From the NCBI GenBank assembly GCA_043228905.1, contig JBHGNT010000014.1:7006001-7070000 (forward strand): a DNA stretch of 64,000 bases, read 5' to 3'. Positions 26,301-38,786 of this stretch are shown one piece after another. The translations under genes and the position numbers were made by a program. Position 1 is the stretch's first letter; every line of letters starts with the position of its first letter. The notes beneath the pieces were generated by a model. That model made no database searches and was not told the origin of the DNA. It was given only the letters and a program-made list of their open reading frames with translations. This DNA is from Azolla caroliniana. Taxonomy: Eukaryota; Plantae; Polypodiophyta.

Positions 26301-28555
26301 CAATCTAGCCATTAAGTTGGTACTACAAGGAAAGGAAATCTCGGGATGTATCATTGATGGGGGATCCAATGTTAATGTCATCAAGACGAATACATGTGCA
26401 CGACTAGGAATTACAAGATGGGAAGCATGCCCTTTTTCGCTCCGCATGGCGGACACCCGCTTTGTCAGACCCCTAGGGTTAATTTGGAAACTGGGCATTG
26501 TCGTTGGTGTCCATCGCTTCGACATGTCTACGGCAGTGCTCGCCCTAGACGCTCTGGGAGCATACCCAATATTGCTCGGCAGACCTTGGCTACATTCAAC
26601 CAACATTAAACAGAATTCGCAGCATAATTGTATCAGCTTCCGTCGAGGCCGAAGCCAAGCTCACGTGCCCACTCAAGAAACGGCAGCACCAACCAAGGGC
26701 ATAACACCATTATACGTGGAAGATATAAATATGCTGGAAGGAGTAGATGATACAGAGCTAGAGGCGTACCTAGAGGACCACCCGTGGATTGTTCCATTAT
26801 TCGAAATTGATGTAATAGAAACCACTGCGGAATATGCCCCACCTAATATGCCACAGGAAGTTGAATACAAACCAAACCCAGAGTCGCTAATGGAGTTAAG
26901 TAGAGCACGAACATTTGAGAGAGAAATGGAAATCTCGCGGCGAGTCACCGCTTCGGCATTAGAAGAAGTCAATATCAGAACCACGGCGGAACCTCAACTA
27001 CTCTCAATTGCAAAGGACTTCGTCCCAAGTGAGAAGACGACAATGATCGAGCTGCTCAAGGAATATAAGGATGTTTTCGCATGGTCACATGAGGACATGC
27101 AGGGGTTGGATCCAAAATTCTATCAGCACAAGATCAATCTGTCCACCGATGCGAAACAGGTGCAGCAACGTTGCTATCGGATGAACCCGAATTACGCGGT
27201 TCGCGTAAAAGAAGAGATTGACAAACTTCTAAAAGCAAGGTTTATCCGGCCTGTGAAGCAGACCACGTGGCTGAGCCCGATAGTCATGGTACCAAAGAAA
27301 AATGGTAAAATCCGCGTTTGTGTGGATTATCGTAAGCTTAACGCCGTAACGATAACGGATGCGTTCCCCTTACCCTTCACTGATAGCCTACTAGACGTGG
27401 TCACGGGCCATGACATGTATAGTTTTCTAGATGGCTTTAGCGGATACAATCAGGTACACATGCACCCTGATGACTAGGAGAAGACTACGTTTGTCACGGA
27501 GTGGGGTATTTTTGTCGCTGTGGTCATGATGTTTGGGTTAAAGACAGGGCCTCCCACGTTCCAATGAACAATTACGGAGATTTTTGGGGAGTACATACCC
27601 GCCTTTATGCAAGTCTTTCTCGACGATTTCGCAGTATATGGAACACAAGGCGAACATTTGGGCCATCTCCGAGTTTGTTTGGAGTGCTGTCGTACGTCAC
27701 GCCTCAGCCTTAATCCGGTCAAATGTGCATTCGGCGTCACCAGTGGGGCACTTCTCAGCCACATCGTAAGCAAGGAAGGGATAGCGATGGATTTGAACAA
27801 AATCACGACGATCATTGAAGCAAAGACTCCGACTAATGCCAAACCCCTCAGCCGCTTCCTAGGTCAAATACGTTGGCATAGTCGCATGTTACGGTACTTG
27901 GCGGATTTTGCGACCCCATTACACGTCGTCGTACATCGAACACCCTTCAAGTGGACGGCAATAGAAGAGAAACCTTAGGACGCACTCAAGATAATGTTAA
28001 CCCAAGCATCGGTCGTACAACCACCAAATTGGACTAAACCTTTTCACGTCTTTGTGGGTGCCTCAGATATAGCAATAGGCAATGCATTAATGCAACTCAC
28101 AGAGCTGACTTGGTAAAGACCGGTCTATTACACCAGTCGTAAACTATCAACTACCGAGAGGAACTACTCCACAACCCAGCGTGAAGACTTGGGGATGATA
28201 TATAGCATCAACAAATTCCGGCACTATCTACTAGAGCGCAGATTTACGTTTCATATAGATCACGCGACGTTACTGTATCTACTGTTGAGATTTGACGCTA
28301 TCAAATCTTTCGCCTCCCGGCCACAACCGGGCCAACACGGATCAATGCAGCAGAAAATAGGAAATACAGAGAAAGACACGAGAGACGAATACACAGGGTA
28401 TAACGTGGAAAACCCTAAACGGGAAAAAACCACGGGAGTGCACAACTCCAACTATCACTATGAACAGGGATGTACAATGGTGAAGCTTCAAGGCAACGAC
28501 CTTGAGCTCACTGTCTTCGCCACAGGCGGCGGCAATACACAGAGGCGTCGACCTC

Positions 28556-28599
<44 letters not shown>

Positions 28600-28811
28600 C
28601 TGCTCACACTTCGCTCTCTCGGCTGAAAACATAAAATGAGCAACAACATAAAACTGTTTGCCCTAAGTCATATTTATACATATATGACTTTCGGGCTATT
28701 TACAAATATAGCCTCAAGGGCTCTTAGCAAACATATTCACAAATATGTCCCCGCATCCGGATCTCTCTCCGGGTACATTCATCATCCGGCTCCGTAGCCG
28801 GGGTTCTTCAG

Positions 28812-29015
28812 CATCCGGCTTCATGCCGGGTACTCTTCATCATCCGGATCCGCATCCGGGTACTCGTCATCCGGCTTCATGCCGGGTACTCTTCATCATC
28901 CGGATCCGCATCCGGGTACTCGTCATCCGGCTTCATGCCGGGTACTCTTCATCATCCGGATCCGCATCCGGGTACTCGTCATCCGGCTTCATGCCGGGTA
29001 CTCTTCATCATCCGG
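28812..29015. repeat. 56-bp tandem repeat in the G LTR (one unit fewer at about 38999-39146)
   Basis: CATCCGGCTTCATGCCGGGTACTCTTCATCATCCGGATCCGCATCCGGGTACTCGT units, e.g. starting at 28868 and 28924. Confidence 0.9.
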
Positions 29016-29909
29016 TTCCGTAACCGCAACCGGGCTTGCCGTCATTCATCTCCGGACATCCCATCCGGAGGGACCGTAATCCCAACAAACTCCCCCTTCA
29101 CTTCGGCATGGGATGTCTCTCCAATCCGATCCTCATCCGGCATGCTTCCAGCTTGTCGGGTGTGAGCACTTTGGTCAGCATATCTGAGCCGTTCTCGTCC
29201 GTGTGGATCTTTGTCAGCACGAACTCCTGGTCTTCTATCCTTTCCCGGATCCAGTGATATCTTCGCTGGATGTGCTTCGTCCGGGAGTGATAGGCCGCGT
29301 TCTTCGCAAGGTGGATGGCACTCTGACTGTTGCAGTAGAGTCGGTACTCCTCCTGCCGGATACCGAGCTCTCTAATGAAGTCCTTCATCCATATTATTTC
29401 CTTGCCGGCTTCAACAGCCGCCATGTACTCCGCCTCCGTGGTTGATAACGCAACCGTCTTCTGCAGCCTCGACTGCCATGAAACAGCTCCTCCTGCATAC
29501 GTCATCACATACCCTGATGTGGACCAGCTGGTATCTGCATCAGCCGACATATCCGAATCGGTGAAGCCGTCGAGTTCGGGCTTGCCGGAGCCGAATCGGA
29601 GGCACATGTTTGCCGTGCCCTTCAGGTATCGGAGTATCCATTTGGCCGCGTTCCAATGCTCTTTGCCGGGATTGCTCATGTACCGGCTCACCACTCCGAC
29701 TGCATATCCTATGTCCGGTCTCGTACACACCATGGCGTACATCAAGCTCCCGACGGCTGAGGCATACGGCACTTTCATCATATCCTCCTTTTCAGCCTTT
29801 GTCTTGGGACTTTGCTTGCTGGACAGCTTGCAGTTTGCCGGTAGGGTTGATCCGACCGGTCTTGCTTCCGACATGTTGAACCGTTGAAGCACCTTTGTCA
29901 CGTACTTCT

Positions 29910-32900
29910 TGTCGTGAATCAACGATTCGATTCACCTTCTTCCCTCGGCCACAACCGAGTAGTTACGGATCAATGAAGCAGAAAATAGGAACCAAAAGAG
30001 AGAAATACACGATTACACAGGGATTAACGTGGAAAACCCTAGATGGGAAAAACCACGGGAGTACAAGACTCCAAACAACGCTATACAAAGAGAAGTATAC
30101 AATGACGAGCTCAAGGCGACGACCTTGAGCTCGCTGTCCTCGCCACAGGCGGCGGAAATACACAGAGGCGTCGACCTCTTCCTCTCTCGCGCTCTATCTC
30201 TCTCTCTCTCGCACGGCTGCTCCCTCTTCACTCCTCTAAAGTGGAAAAACAGAAAAAATAAGAAGCAACAGTAAAACTGTTTGCCCTAAGTCATATTTAT
30301 ACTTATATGACTTTGGGCTATTTACAACTGTAGCCACATGGGCCCATAGGAAACATATTCACGGATATGTCCCTGCATCCGGATCGCTCTCCGGGTACAT
30401 TCGTCATCCGGTACCGAAAACCGAAACCGGGACCGTCCCGTCCGGATCCGACCATCCCATTAGAAGGGACCGTAATCCCAACAAACTCCCCCTTCACTTC
30501 GGCATGGGATGTCTCTCCAATCCGATCCTCTTCCGGCATGCTTCCAGCTTGTCGGGTGTGAGCACCTTGGTCAGCATATCCGACCCGTTCTCGTCCGTGT
30601 GGATCTTCGTCAGCACGAACTCCTTGTCTTCTATCCTTTCCCGGATCCAGTGATATCTTCGCTGGATGTGCTTCGTCCGGGAGTGATAGGCCGCGTTCTT
30701 TGCAAGGTGGATTGCACTCTGACTGTCGCAGTAGAGTCGGTACTCCTTCTGCCGGATACCGAGCTCTCCAATGAAGTCCTTCATCCATATTATTTCCTTG
30801 CCGGCTTCAACAGCCGCCATGTACTCCGCCTCCGTGGTTGACAGCGCAACCGTCTTCTGCAGCCTCGACTGCCATGAAACAGCTCCCCCTGCATACGTCA
30901 TCACATACCCTGATGTGGACCGGCTGGTATCTGCATCAGCCGACATATCCGAATCGGTAAAGCCGTCGAGTTCGGGCTTTCCGGAGCCGAATCGGAGGCA
31001 CACGTTTGCTGTGCCCTTCAGGTATCGGAGTATCCACTTGGCCGCGTTCCAATGCTCTTTACCGGGATTGCTCATGTACCGGCTCACCACTCCGACTGCA
31101 TATCCGATGTCCGGTCTCGTACACACCATGGCGTACATCAAGCTCCCGACGACTGAGGCATACGGCACTTTCTTCATATCCTCCTTTTCAGCCTTTGTCT
31201 TGGGACTTTGCTTGCTGGACAGCTTGCAGTTTGTCGGGAGGGACGATCCGACCGGTCTCGCTTCCGACATGTTGAACCGGTGAAGCACCTTCGTCACGTA
31301 CTTCTCCTGTGACAGCCACAACTGCTTCTTCTTCCGGTCCCTGATGATGTGCATCCCTAGTATTTGTCTCGCCGGACCCAGGTCCTTCATTGAGAAGGTT
31401 CGGTGAAGAGCCTTCTTCAGCATCCGTATCTTGACCTGGTCCCGTCCGACGATCAACATGTCGTCCACGTACAGGAGGAGTATTAGAGAGTCTCCTCCTT
31501 CGAACTTCTTCACAAACACGCAGTGGTCGGACTGCGTTTTGAGGTACCCTTCGTCGGTCATGAAGGAGTCGAACTTCCGGTACCATTGCCGGGGAGCCTG
31601 CTTCAGTCCGTAAAGGCTCTTCTTCAACCGGCATACCAGGTGCTCCTTCCCTTTCTTCTCGAATCCTTCCGGTTGCTGCATGTAGATCTCTTCTTCGAGG
31701 TCACCGTGAAGGAATGCCGTCTTCACGTCCATCTGTTCTACCTCGAGGTCCATGCTTGCCGCTATGCTCAGCACCGTCCGGATGGAGGTCATCTTCACTA
31801 CCGGGGCAAATATCTCGTCGAAGTCGACGCCCTTCTTCTGCTGAAACCCCTTCACCACGATCCTGGCTTTGTATCTCGGGGGGTTTCCGGCATCTCCCGG
31901 TTTCAGCTTGAACACCCACTTGTTACGGAGTGCCCGTTTTCCTTTCGGCAACTCCACAAGTTCATATGTGTGGTTCTCATGCAGGGAATCCATCTCGTCC
32001 TGCATGGCACTCAACCACCTGCGGCTCTGAGTGTCATGCTTTGCTTCTTCAAAGCTCTCCGGCTCCCCTTCGTCGGTTAGCAGCACGTGCTCTGGTTCCG
32101 GAAATCTCCGGGGGGCCCTTCTCTCTCTTAGAGGATATCTCCGTTCCGGAGCTTCGGTAACCGGTTCTTCTGATTCTTCTTCTTCATCCGAATCCATTTC
32201 GGGATCGGGAACGGTTCCGGTATCATTTTCATCTTCCTCGGCCGGTTCTCTTTCTTCACCGTCTTCGGCCGGATCCTCGAGTGCTAACCGGTCCCTTGCC
32301 GGTCGGGACTGCTCCTCGTAGAGTTTATCCTCACCGGTCGACTTGGAGCTCTTCATCTTCTTCTCCGACTCCAAGTCGGCGAGTGTCTTGTCCTCCATGA
32401 AGATGATGTCTCGACTCCTGAATATCTTCTTGTCGACCGGGTCCCATACTCGGTAGCCGAACTCGTCGTCGCCGTAACCGAGGAATATGCATGGCCGGGT
32501 CTTTGGATCTAGCTTCCCTCTCCGGTCCTTTGCCACATGCACGTATGCGAGACACCCGAACACCTTCAGATGCCGGTAGGATACTTCCCTGCCGGTCCAC
32601 ACTCTCTGCGGCGTGTCTCCGTCCAAAGGTACTGAGGGTGATCTGTTTATCACATATGTCGCCGTTGACATTGCCTCAGCCCAAAATCCCTTGGGTAATT
32701 TCGCATGCGCCAGCATACTCCGGACCCTCTCCATTATGGTCCGGTTCATCCTCTCGGCCAGCCCGTTCAGTTCCGGCGTCTTCGGCACAGTAAACTCGAG
32801 CCGGATTCCCTTCGAGCGACAGTACTCCTGGAACTGCCCCCGGTATTCCCCTCCGTTATCCGCTCGTATCGCTTTCAGCTTCTTGCCGGATTCCCTTTCC

Positions 32901-35173
32901 ACTCTCGCGTGGAGATCTTTGAAGACGCACAACACTTGGTCCTTTGTCTTCATCGGTGCCGTCCACAGTTTTCGGCTATGATCATCGATGAATGTTACGA
33001 AGTACTGGGCTCCGCCATGTGACTTCGTTTCTACCTGACACACATCAGTGTGCACCAACTCCAATGGTGCGCTACGTCTCGTCGGTGGCCTTGAGTGGAA
33101 GGAGGTCCGGTTTTGCTTACCGGCCAGACAGTCGGTGCACCTCTCCAGGTGCACATGCTTCACTGGAATAAGATTGTCTTCTGCAAGCCTCTTCATCCCC
33201 TTCTCACTCATATGGCACAGTCTCTTGTGCCACAGCTCACCGGCAGTGTCGGCTGCCACATTCAGCTCTTCCGGACATAACCGGGCATTCATCAGGTACA
33301 GTGTGTTGTCTTTCCGGGCCCGAGCCACTATCAGGCTCCCCTTGCTGAACTTCATTACGCCGTTCTGGATGCTACCCGTGTAGCCTTCGTCATCTAGCCT
33401 CCCGGCCGAAATCAGGTTCAGTCGGACCTCCGGAACGTGTCGGACATTCTTCAGCAGCATTTTGCATCCGGTCGGGGTTGTCAGCCACACATCTCCTATG
33501 CCGGCAATCCGGCACGTACCTTCGTTTCCCATCCGAACACAGCCATGCTCACCGGCTGTGTAGGATGAGAAGAATCTTCTCTCCGGGGTCAGGTGGAACG
33601 ATGCTCCGGAATCGACCACCCAGGTCGTCTCATCGCCGGCAATGTTTAGCTCACCTTCTTCGGTGATGAGCATGATTTCTTCTTCACTTGCCGCGAGTGC
33701 CGTCGTTCCTTTCCGGTCCTGCCCTCGCCGATCCGAACCTCTCCGGTCCGTGGCTCCCCGGTATGCACCGTTTCTCTCCGGTGACTTCTTCGAATCGGTG
33801 TCGTCGGCTCCGTTGTCTTTTCGGTAATGCCGACAATTCTTTCGGAAGTGCCCCGGCTTCCCACAGTGGAAGCATGTGGGCCTTCCTCTTGACTGCGACC
33901 GGGTCCCCGACTTCTCCCGTCTTTGCGGACTCCGGTTCCATTGTCTTCCCCGATCCGATTCGGTAAATAGCATCTTCGGTTCGGAGGCCGGTTCCTTGTC
34001 TCTCCGACGCGCTTCTTCGTTCAAGATACTTGTCTTTACCGTTTGCAAGGACAAGTTATCTTCGGTGCAGGAGGTGCTGAGAGTCACCACCAAGTTCTCC
34101 CAGCTGTCCGGCAATGTACACATCAGGATGATGGCTTGCATTGCATCCTCCAGCGGGAACTTGATCGCCGCAAGCTGATTCACGAATCCCATGAACGTGC
34201 TTACGTGTTCCACCATACTCTCGCCGTCCCGGTACTTGAGATTCACAATCTTCCTCATCAGGGAGGTCCGGTTCAACGCATTCTTCCTCTCGTAGAGGCC
34301 CGACAGCTTCTTCCACATTTCATATGCGTTGGTGTCATTCGCCACATGTTGTAGGACGCTTACATCGACATATTGTCGGATCGTCGCTACGGCTTTCCGG
34401 TTCAGGAGCTTCCACTCCGACTCAAGTACCCCCTTCGGTATTTCCGACCTGTCAATCGGTTCGTACAGGTCCCGAACAATCAGAAGATCCTCCATCTTGA
34501 TCTTCCAGTCGGCGTAATTCTGTGCATTCAGCACCATCATCCCCGGCTGCCCGCTGCCGCCGCCTTCCATTTTCTGCAGCAGTTCGCTCTGATACCACTT
34601 GTCGTGAATGAACGATTCGATTCACCTTCTTCCCTCGGCCACAACCGAGTAGTTACGGATCAATGAAGCAGAAAATAGGAACCAAAAGAGAGAAATACAC
34701 GATTACACAGGGATTAACGTGGAAAACCCTAGATGGGAAAAACCACGGGAGTACAAGACTCCAAACAACGCTATACAAAGAGAAGTATACAATGACGAGC
34801 TCAAGGCGACGACCTTGAGCTCGCTGTCCTCGCCACAGGCGGCGGAAATACACAGAGGCGTCGACCTCTTCCTCTCTCGCGCTCTATCTCTCTCTCTCTC
34901 GCACGGCTGCTCCCTCTTCACTCCTCTAAAGTGGAAAAACAGAAAAAATAAGAAGCAACAGTAAAACTGTTTGCCCTAAGTCATATTTATACTTATATGA
35001 CTTTGGGCTATTTACAACTGTAGCCACATGGGCCCATAGGAAACATATTCACGGATATGTCCCTGCATCCGGATCGCTCTCCGGGTACATTCGTCATCCG
35101 GTACCGAAAACCGAAACCGGGACCGTCCCGTCCGGATCCGACCATCCCATTAGAAGGGACCGTAATCCCAACA
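29910..35173 (-). mobile_element. Intact young Tnt1/Tork-like Copia element H
   Basis: 574-bp LTRs 29910-30483 and 34600-35173 with only one difference seen by eye; TSD CTTCT; Met PBS; PPT. Confidence 0.98.
30494..34570 (-). CDS. Copia Gag-Pol polyprotein, 1358 aa (gag, CCHC, PR, INT, RT, RNase H)
   Basis: Uninterrupted ORF with CFHCGKPGHFRKNC, VVDSGAS, HTDVC..ADNGGEY..AERMNR, LYVDDML, FTDSD, TEAEY and YCDS. Confidence 0.97.
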   Translation of the reverse strand: MEGGGSGQPGMMVLNAQNYADWKIKMEDLLIVRDLYEPIDRSEIPKGVLESEWKLLNRKAVATIRQYVDVSVLQHVANDTNAYEMWKKLSGLYERKNALNRTSLMRKIVNLKYRDGESMVEHVSTFMGFVNQLAAIKFPLEDAMQAIILMCTLPDSWENLVVTLSTSCTEDNLSLQTVKTSILNEEARRRDKEPASEPKMLFTESDRGRQWNRSPQRREKSGTRSQSRGRPTCFHCGKPGHFRKNCRHYRKDNGADDTDSKKSPERNGAYRGATDRRGSDRRGQDRKGTTALAASEEEIMLITEEGELNIAGDETTWVVDSGASFHLTPERRFFSSYTAGEHGCVRMGNEGTCRIAGIGDVWLTTPTGCKMLLKNVRHVPEVRLNLISAGRLDDEGYTGSIQNGVMKFSKGSLIVARARKDNTLYLMNARLCPEELNVAADTAGELWHKRLCHMSEKGMKRLAEDNLIPVKHVHLERCTDCLAGKQNRTSFHSRPPTRRSAPLELVHTDVCQVETKSHGGAQYFVTFIDDHSRKLWTAPMKTKDQVLCVFKDLHARVERESGKKLKAIRADNGGEYRGQFQEYCRSKGIRLEFTVPKTPELNGLAERMNRTIMERVRSMLAHAKLPKGFWAEAMSTATYVINRSPSVPLDGDTPQRVWTGREVSYRHLKVFGCLAYVHVAKDRRGKLDPKTRPCIFLGYGDDEFGYRVWDPVDKKIFRSRDIIFMEDKTLADLESEKKMKSSKSTGEDKLYEEQSRPARDRLALEDPAEDGEEREPAEEDENDTGTVPDPEMDSDEEEESEEPVTEAPERRYPLRERRAPRRFPEPEHVLLTDEGEPESFEEAKHDTQSRRWLSAMQDEMDSLHENHTYELVELPKGKRALRNKWVFKLKPGDAGNPPRYKARIVVKGFQQKKGVDFDEIFAPVVKMTSIRTVLSIAASMDLEVEQMDVKTAFLHGDLEEEIYMQQPEGFEKKGKEHLVCRLKKSLYGLKQAPRQWYRKFDSFMTDEGYLKTQSDHCVFVKKFEGGDSLILLLYVDDMLIVGRDQVKIRMLKKALHRTFSMKDLGPARQILGMHIIRDRKKKQLWLSQEKYVTKVLHRFNMSEARPVGSSLPTNCKLSSKQSPKTKAEKEDMKKVPYASVVGSLMYAMVCTRPDIGYAVGVVSRYMSNPGKEHWNAAKWILRYLKGTANVCLRFGSGKPELDGFTDSDMSADADTSRSTSGYVMTYAGGAVSWQSRLQKTVALSTTEAEYMAAVEAGKEIIWMKDFIGELGIRQKEYRLYCDSQSAIHLAKNAAYHSRTKHIQRRYHWIRERIEDKEFVLTKIHTDENGSDMLTKVLTPDKLEACRKRIGLERHPMPK

Positions 35174-38100
35174 CTTCTCTTGTGACAGCCACAACTGCTT
35201 CTTGCTCCGGTCCCGGATGATGTGCATCCCTAGTATTTGTCTCGCCGGACCCAAGTCCTTCATTGAGAAGGTTCGATGAAGAGCCTTCTTCAGCATCCGT
35301 ATCTTGACCTGGTCTCGTCCGACGATCAACATGTCGTCCACGTACAGGAGGAGTATTAGAAAGTCTCCTCCTTCGAACTTCTTCACAAACACGCAGTGGT
35401 CAGACTGCGTTTTGAGGTACCCTTCGTCGGTCATGAAGGAGTCGAACTTCCGGTACCATTGCCGGGGAGCCTGCTTCAGTCCGTAAAGGCTCTTCTTCAA
35501 CCGGCATACCAGGTGCTCCTTCCCTTTCTTCTCGAATCCTTCCGGTTGCTGCATGTAGATCTCTTCTTCGAGGTCACCGTGAAGGAATGCCGTCTTCACG
35601 TCCATCTGTTCTACCTCGAGGTCCATGCTTGCCGCTATGCTCAGCACCGTCCGGATGGAGGTCATCTTCACTACCGGGGAAAATATCTCGTCGAAGTCGA
35701 CGCCCTTCTTCTGCTGAAACCCCTTCACCACGATCCGGGCTTTGTATCTCGGGGGGTTTCCGGCATCTCCCGGTTTCAGCTTGAACACCCACTTGTTTCG
35801 AAGTGCCCGCTTTCCTTTCGGCAACTCCACAAGTTCATATGTGTGGTTCTCATGCAGGGAATCCATCTCGTCCTGCATGGCACTCAACCACCTGCGGCTC
35901 TGGGTGTCATGCTTTGCTTCTTCAAAGCTCTCCGGCTCCCCTTCGTCGGTTAGCAGCACGTGCTCTGGTTCCGGAAATCTCCGGGGGGCCCTTCTCTCTC
36001 TTAGAGGATATCTCCGTTCCAGAGCTTCGGTAACCGGTTCTTCCGATTCTTCTTCATCCGAATCCATTTCGGGATCGGGGCCGGTTCCGGTATCATTTTC
36101 ATCTTCTTCGGCCGGTTCTGTTTCTTCACCGTCTTCGGCCGGATCCTCGAGTGCTAACCGGTCCCTTGCCGGTCGGGACTGCTCCTCGTAGAGTTGATCC
36201 TCACCGGTCGACTTTGAGCTCTTCATCTTCTTCTCCGACTCCCAGTCGGCGAGTGTCTCGTCCTCCATGAAGATGATGTCTCGACTCCTGAATATCTTCT
36301 TGTCGACCGGGTCCCATACTCGGTAGCCGAACTCGTCGTCGCCGTAACCGAGGAATATGCATGGCCGGGTCTTTGGATCTAACTTTCCTCTCCGGTCCTT
36401 TGCCACATGCACGTATGCGAGACACCCGAACACCTTCAGATGCCGGTAGGACACTTCCTTACCGGTCCACACTCTCTGCGGCGTGTCTCCGTCCAAAGGT
36501 ACTGAGGGTGATCTGTTTATCACATATGTCGCCGTCGACATTGCCTCAGCCCAAAATCCCTTGGGTAATTTCGCATGCGCCAGCATACTCCGGACCCTCT
36601 CCATTATGGTCCGGTTCATCCTCTCGGCCAGCCCGTTCAGTTCCGGCGTCTTCGGCACGGTAAACTCGAGCCGGAATCCCTTCGAGCGACAGTACTCCTG
36701 GAACTGCCCCCGGTATTCCCCTCCGTTATCCGCTCGTATCGCTTTCAGCTTCTTGCCGGATTCCCTTTCCACTCTCGCGTGGAGATCTTTGAAGACGGAC
36801 AATACTTGGTCCTTTGTCTTCAACGGGGCCGTCCACAGCTTCCGGCTGTGATCATCAATGAATGTTACGAAGTACTGGGCTCCGCCATGTGACTTCGTTT
36901 CTACCTGACACACATCGGTGTGCACCAACTCCAATGGTGCGCTACGTCTCGTCGGTGGCCTTGAGTGGAAGGAGGTCCGGTTTTGCTTACCGGCCAGACA
37001 GTCGGTGCACTTCTCCAGGTGCACATGCTTCACTGGAATAAGGTTGTCTTCTGCAAGCCTTTTCATCCCCTTCTCGCTCATGTGGCACAGTCTCTTGTGC
37101 CATAGCTCACCGGCAGTGTCAGCTGCCACGTTCAGCTCCTCCGGACATAGCCGGGAATTCATCAGGTACAGTGTGTTAATCTTCCGGGCCCGAGCCACTA
37201 TCAGGCTCCCTTTGCTGAACTTCATGACACCGTTCCGGATGCTACCCGTGTAGCCTTCATCATCTAGCCTCCCGGCCGAGATCAGGTTCAATCGTACCTC
37301 CGGAACGTGTCGCACATCCTTCAGCAGCATCTTGCATCCGGTTGATGTCATCAGCCACACGTCTCCTATGCCGGCAATCCGGCATGTGCCTTCATTTCCC
37401 ATCCGGACACAGCCGTGCTCACCGGCTGTGTAGGATGAGAAGTATTTCTTCTCCGGGGTCAGGTGGAACGACGCTCCGGAATCGACCACCCAGGTCATCT
37501 CTACACCGGCAAGGTTCAGCTCCCTCTCTTCGGTAATAAGCATTATCTCTTCTTCACTTGCCGCGAGTGCCGTCGTTCCTTTCCGATCCTGCCCTCGCCG
37601 ATCCGGACCTCTCCGGTCCGTGGCTCCCCGGTATGCACCGTTTCTCTCCGGTGACTTCTTCGAATCGGTGTCGTCGGCTCCGTTGTCTTTTCGGTAATGC
37701 CGACAGTTCTTTCGGAAGTGCCCCGGCTTCCCACAGTGGAAGCATGTGGGCCTTCCTCTTGACTGCGACCGGGTCCCCGACTTCTCCCGTCTTTGCGGAC
37801 TCCGGTTCCATTGTCTTCCCCGATCCGATTCGGTAAGCAGCGCCTTCGAGTCGGAGGCCGGTTCTTTATCTCTCCGACGCGCTTCTTCGTTCAAAATACT
37901 CGTCTTTACCGTTTGTAAGGACAAGTTGTCTTCCGTGCAGGAGGTGCTGAGAGTCACCACCAAGTTCTCCCAGCTGTCCGGCAACGTACACATCAGGATG
38001 ATGGCTTGCATTGCATCCTCCAACGGGAACTTGATCGCCGCAAGCTGGTTCACGAATCCCATGAACGTGCTTACGTGTTCCACCATACTCTCGCCGTCCC

Positions 38101-38744
38101 GGTACTTGAGGTTCACAATCTTTCTCATCAGGGAGGTCCGGTTCAACGCATTCTTCCTCTCGTAGAGGCCCGACAGCTTCCTCCACATCTCATATGCGTT
38201 GGTGTCGTTCGCCACGTGTTGTAGAACGCTCACGTCGACGTATTGCCGAATGGTTGCAACGGCTTTCCGGTTCAGAAGCCTCCACTCCGTCTCAAGTACC
38301 CCCTTGGGTATTTCCGACCTGTCGATCGGTTCATACAGGTCCCGAACAATGAGCAGATCCTCCATCTTTATCTTCCAGTCGGCGTAGTTCTGCGCGTTCA
38401 GCACCATCATGCCCGGAGGCCCACTACCGCCGCCTTCCATTTTCTGTGTTACCGTCGCTCTGATACCAGATTGTTGAGATTTGACGCTATCAAATCTTTC
38501 GCCTCCCGGCCACAACCGGGCCAACACGGATCAATGCAGCAGAAAATAGGAAATACAGAGAAAGACACGAGAGACGAATACACAGGGTATAACGTGGAAA
38601 ACCCTAAACGGGAAAAAACCACGGGAGTGCACAACTCCAACTATCACTATGAACAGGGATGTACAATGGTGAAGCTTCAAGGCAACGACCTTGAGCTCAC
38701 TGTCTTCGCCACAGGCGGCGGCAATACACAGAGGCGTCGACCTC

Positions 38745-38786
<42 letters not shown>

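Larger units (their letters stand above)
29098..38440 (-). pseudogene. Copia G gag-pol, open except for the H insertion (38440-35174 joined to 29904-29098)
   Basis: LWLSQEK|YVTKVL is restored on removing H. RNase H reads YCNSQS where H has YCDSQS. Confidence 0.92.

Noticed and set aside
35150-38527. 1125-aa ORF as a complete gene
   Set aside because: It begins in the LTR at a non-ATG codon and ends in H's LTR; it is the interrupted G polyprotein.
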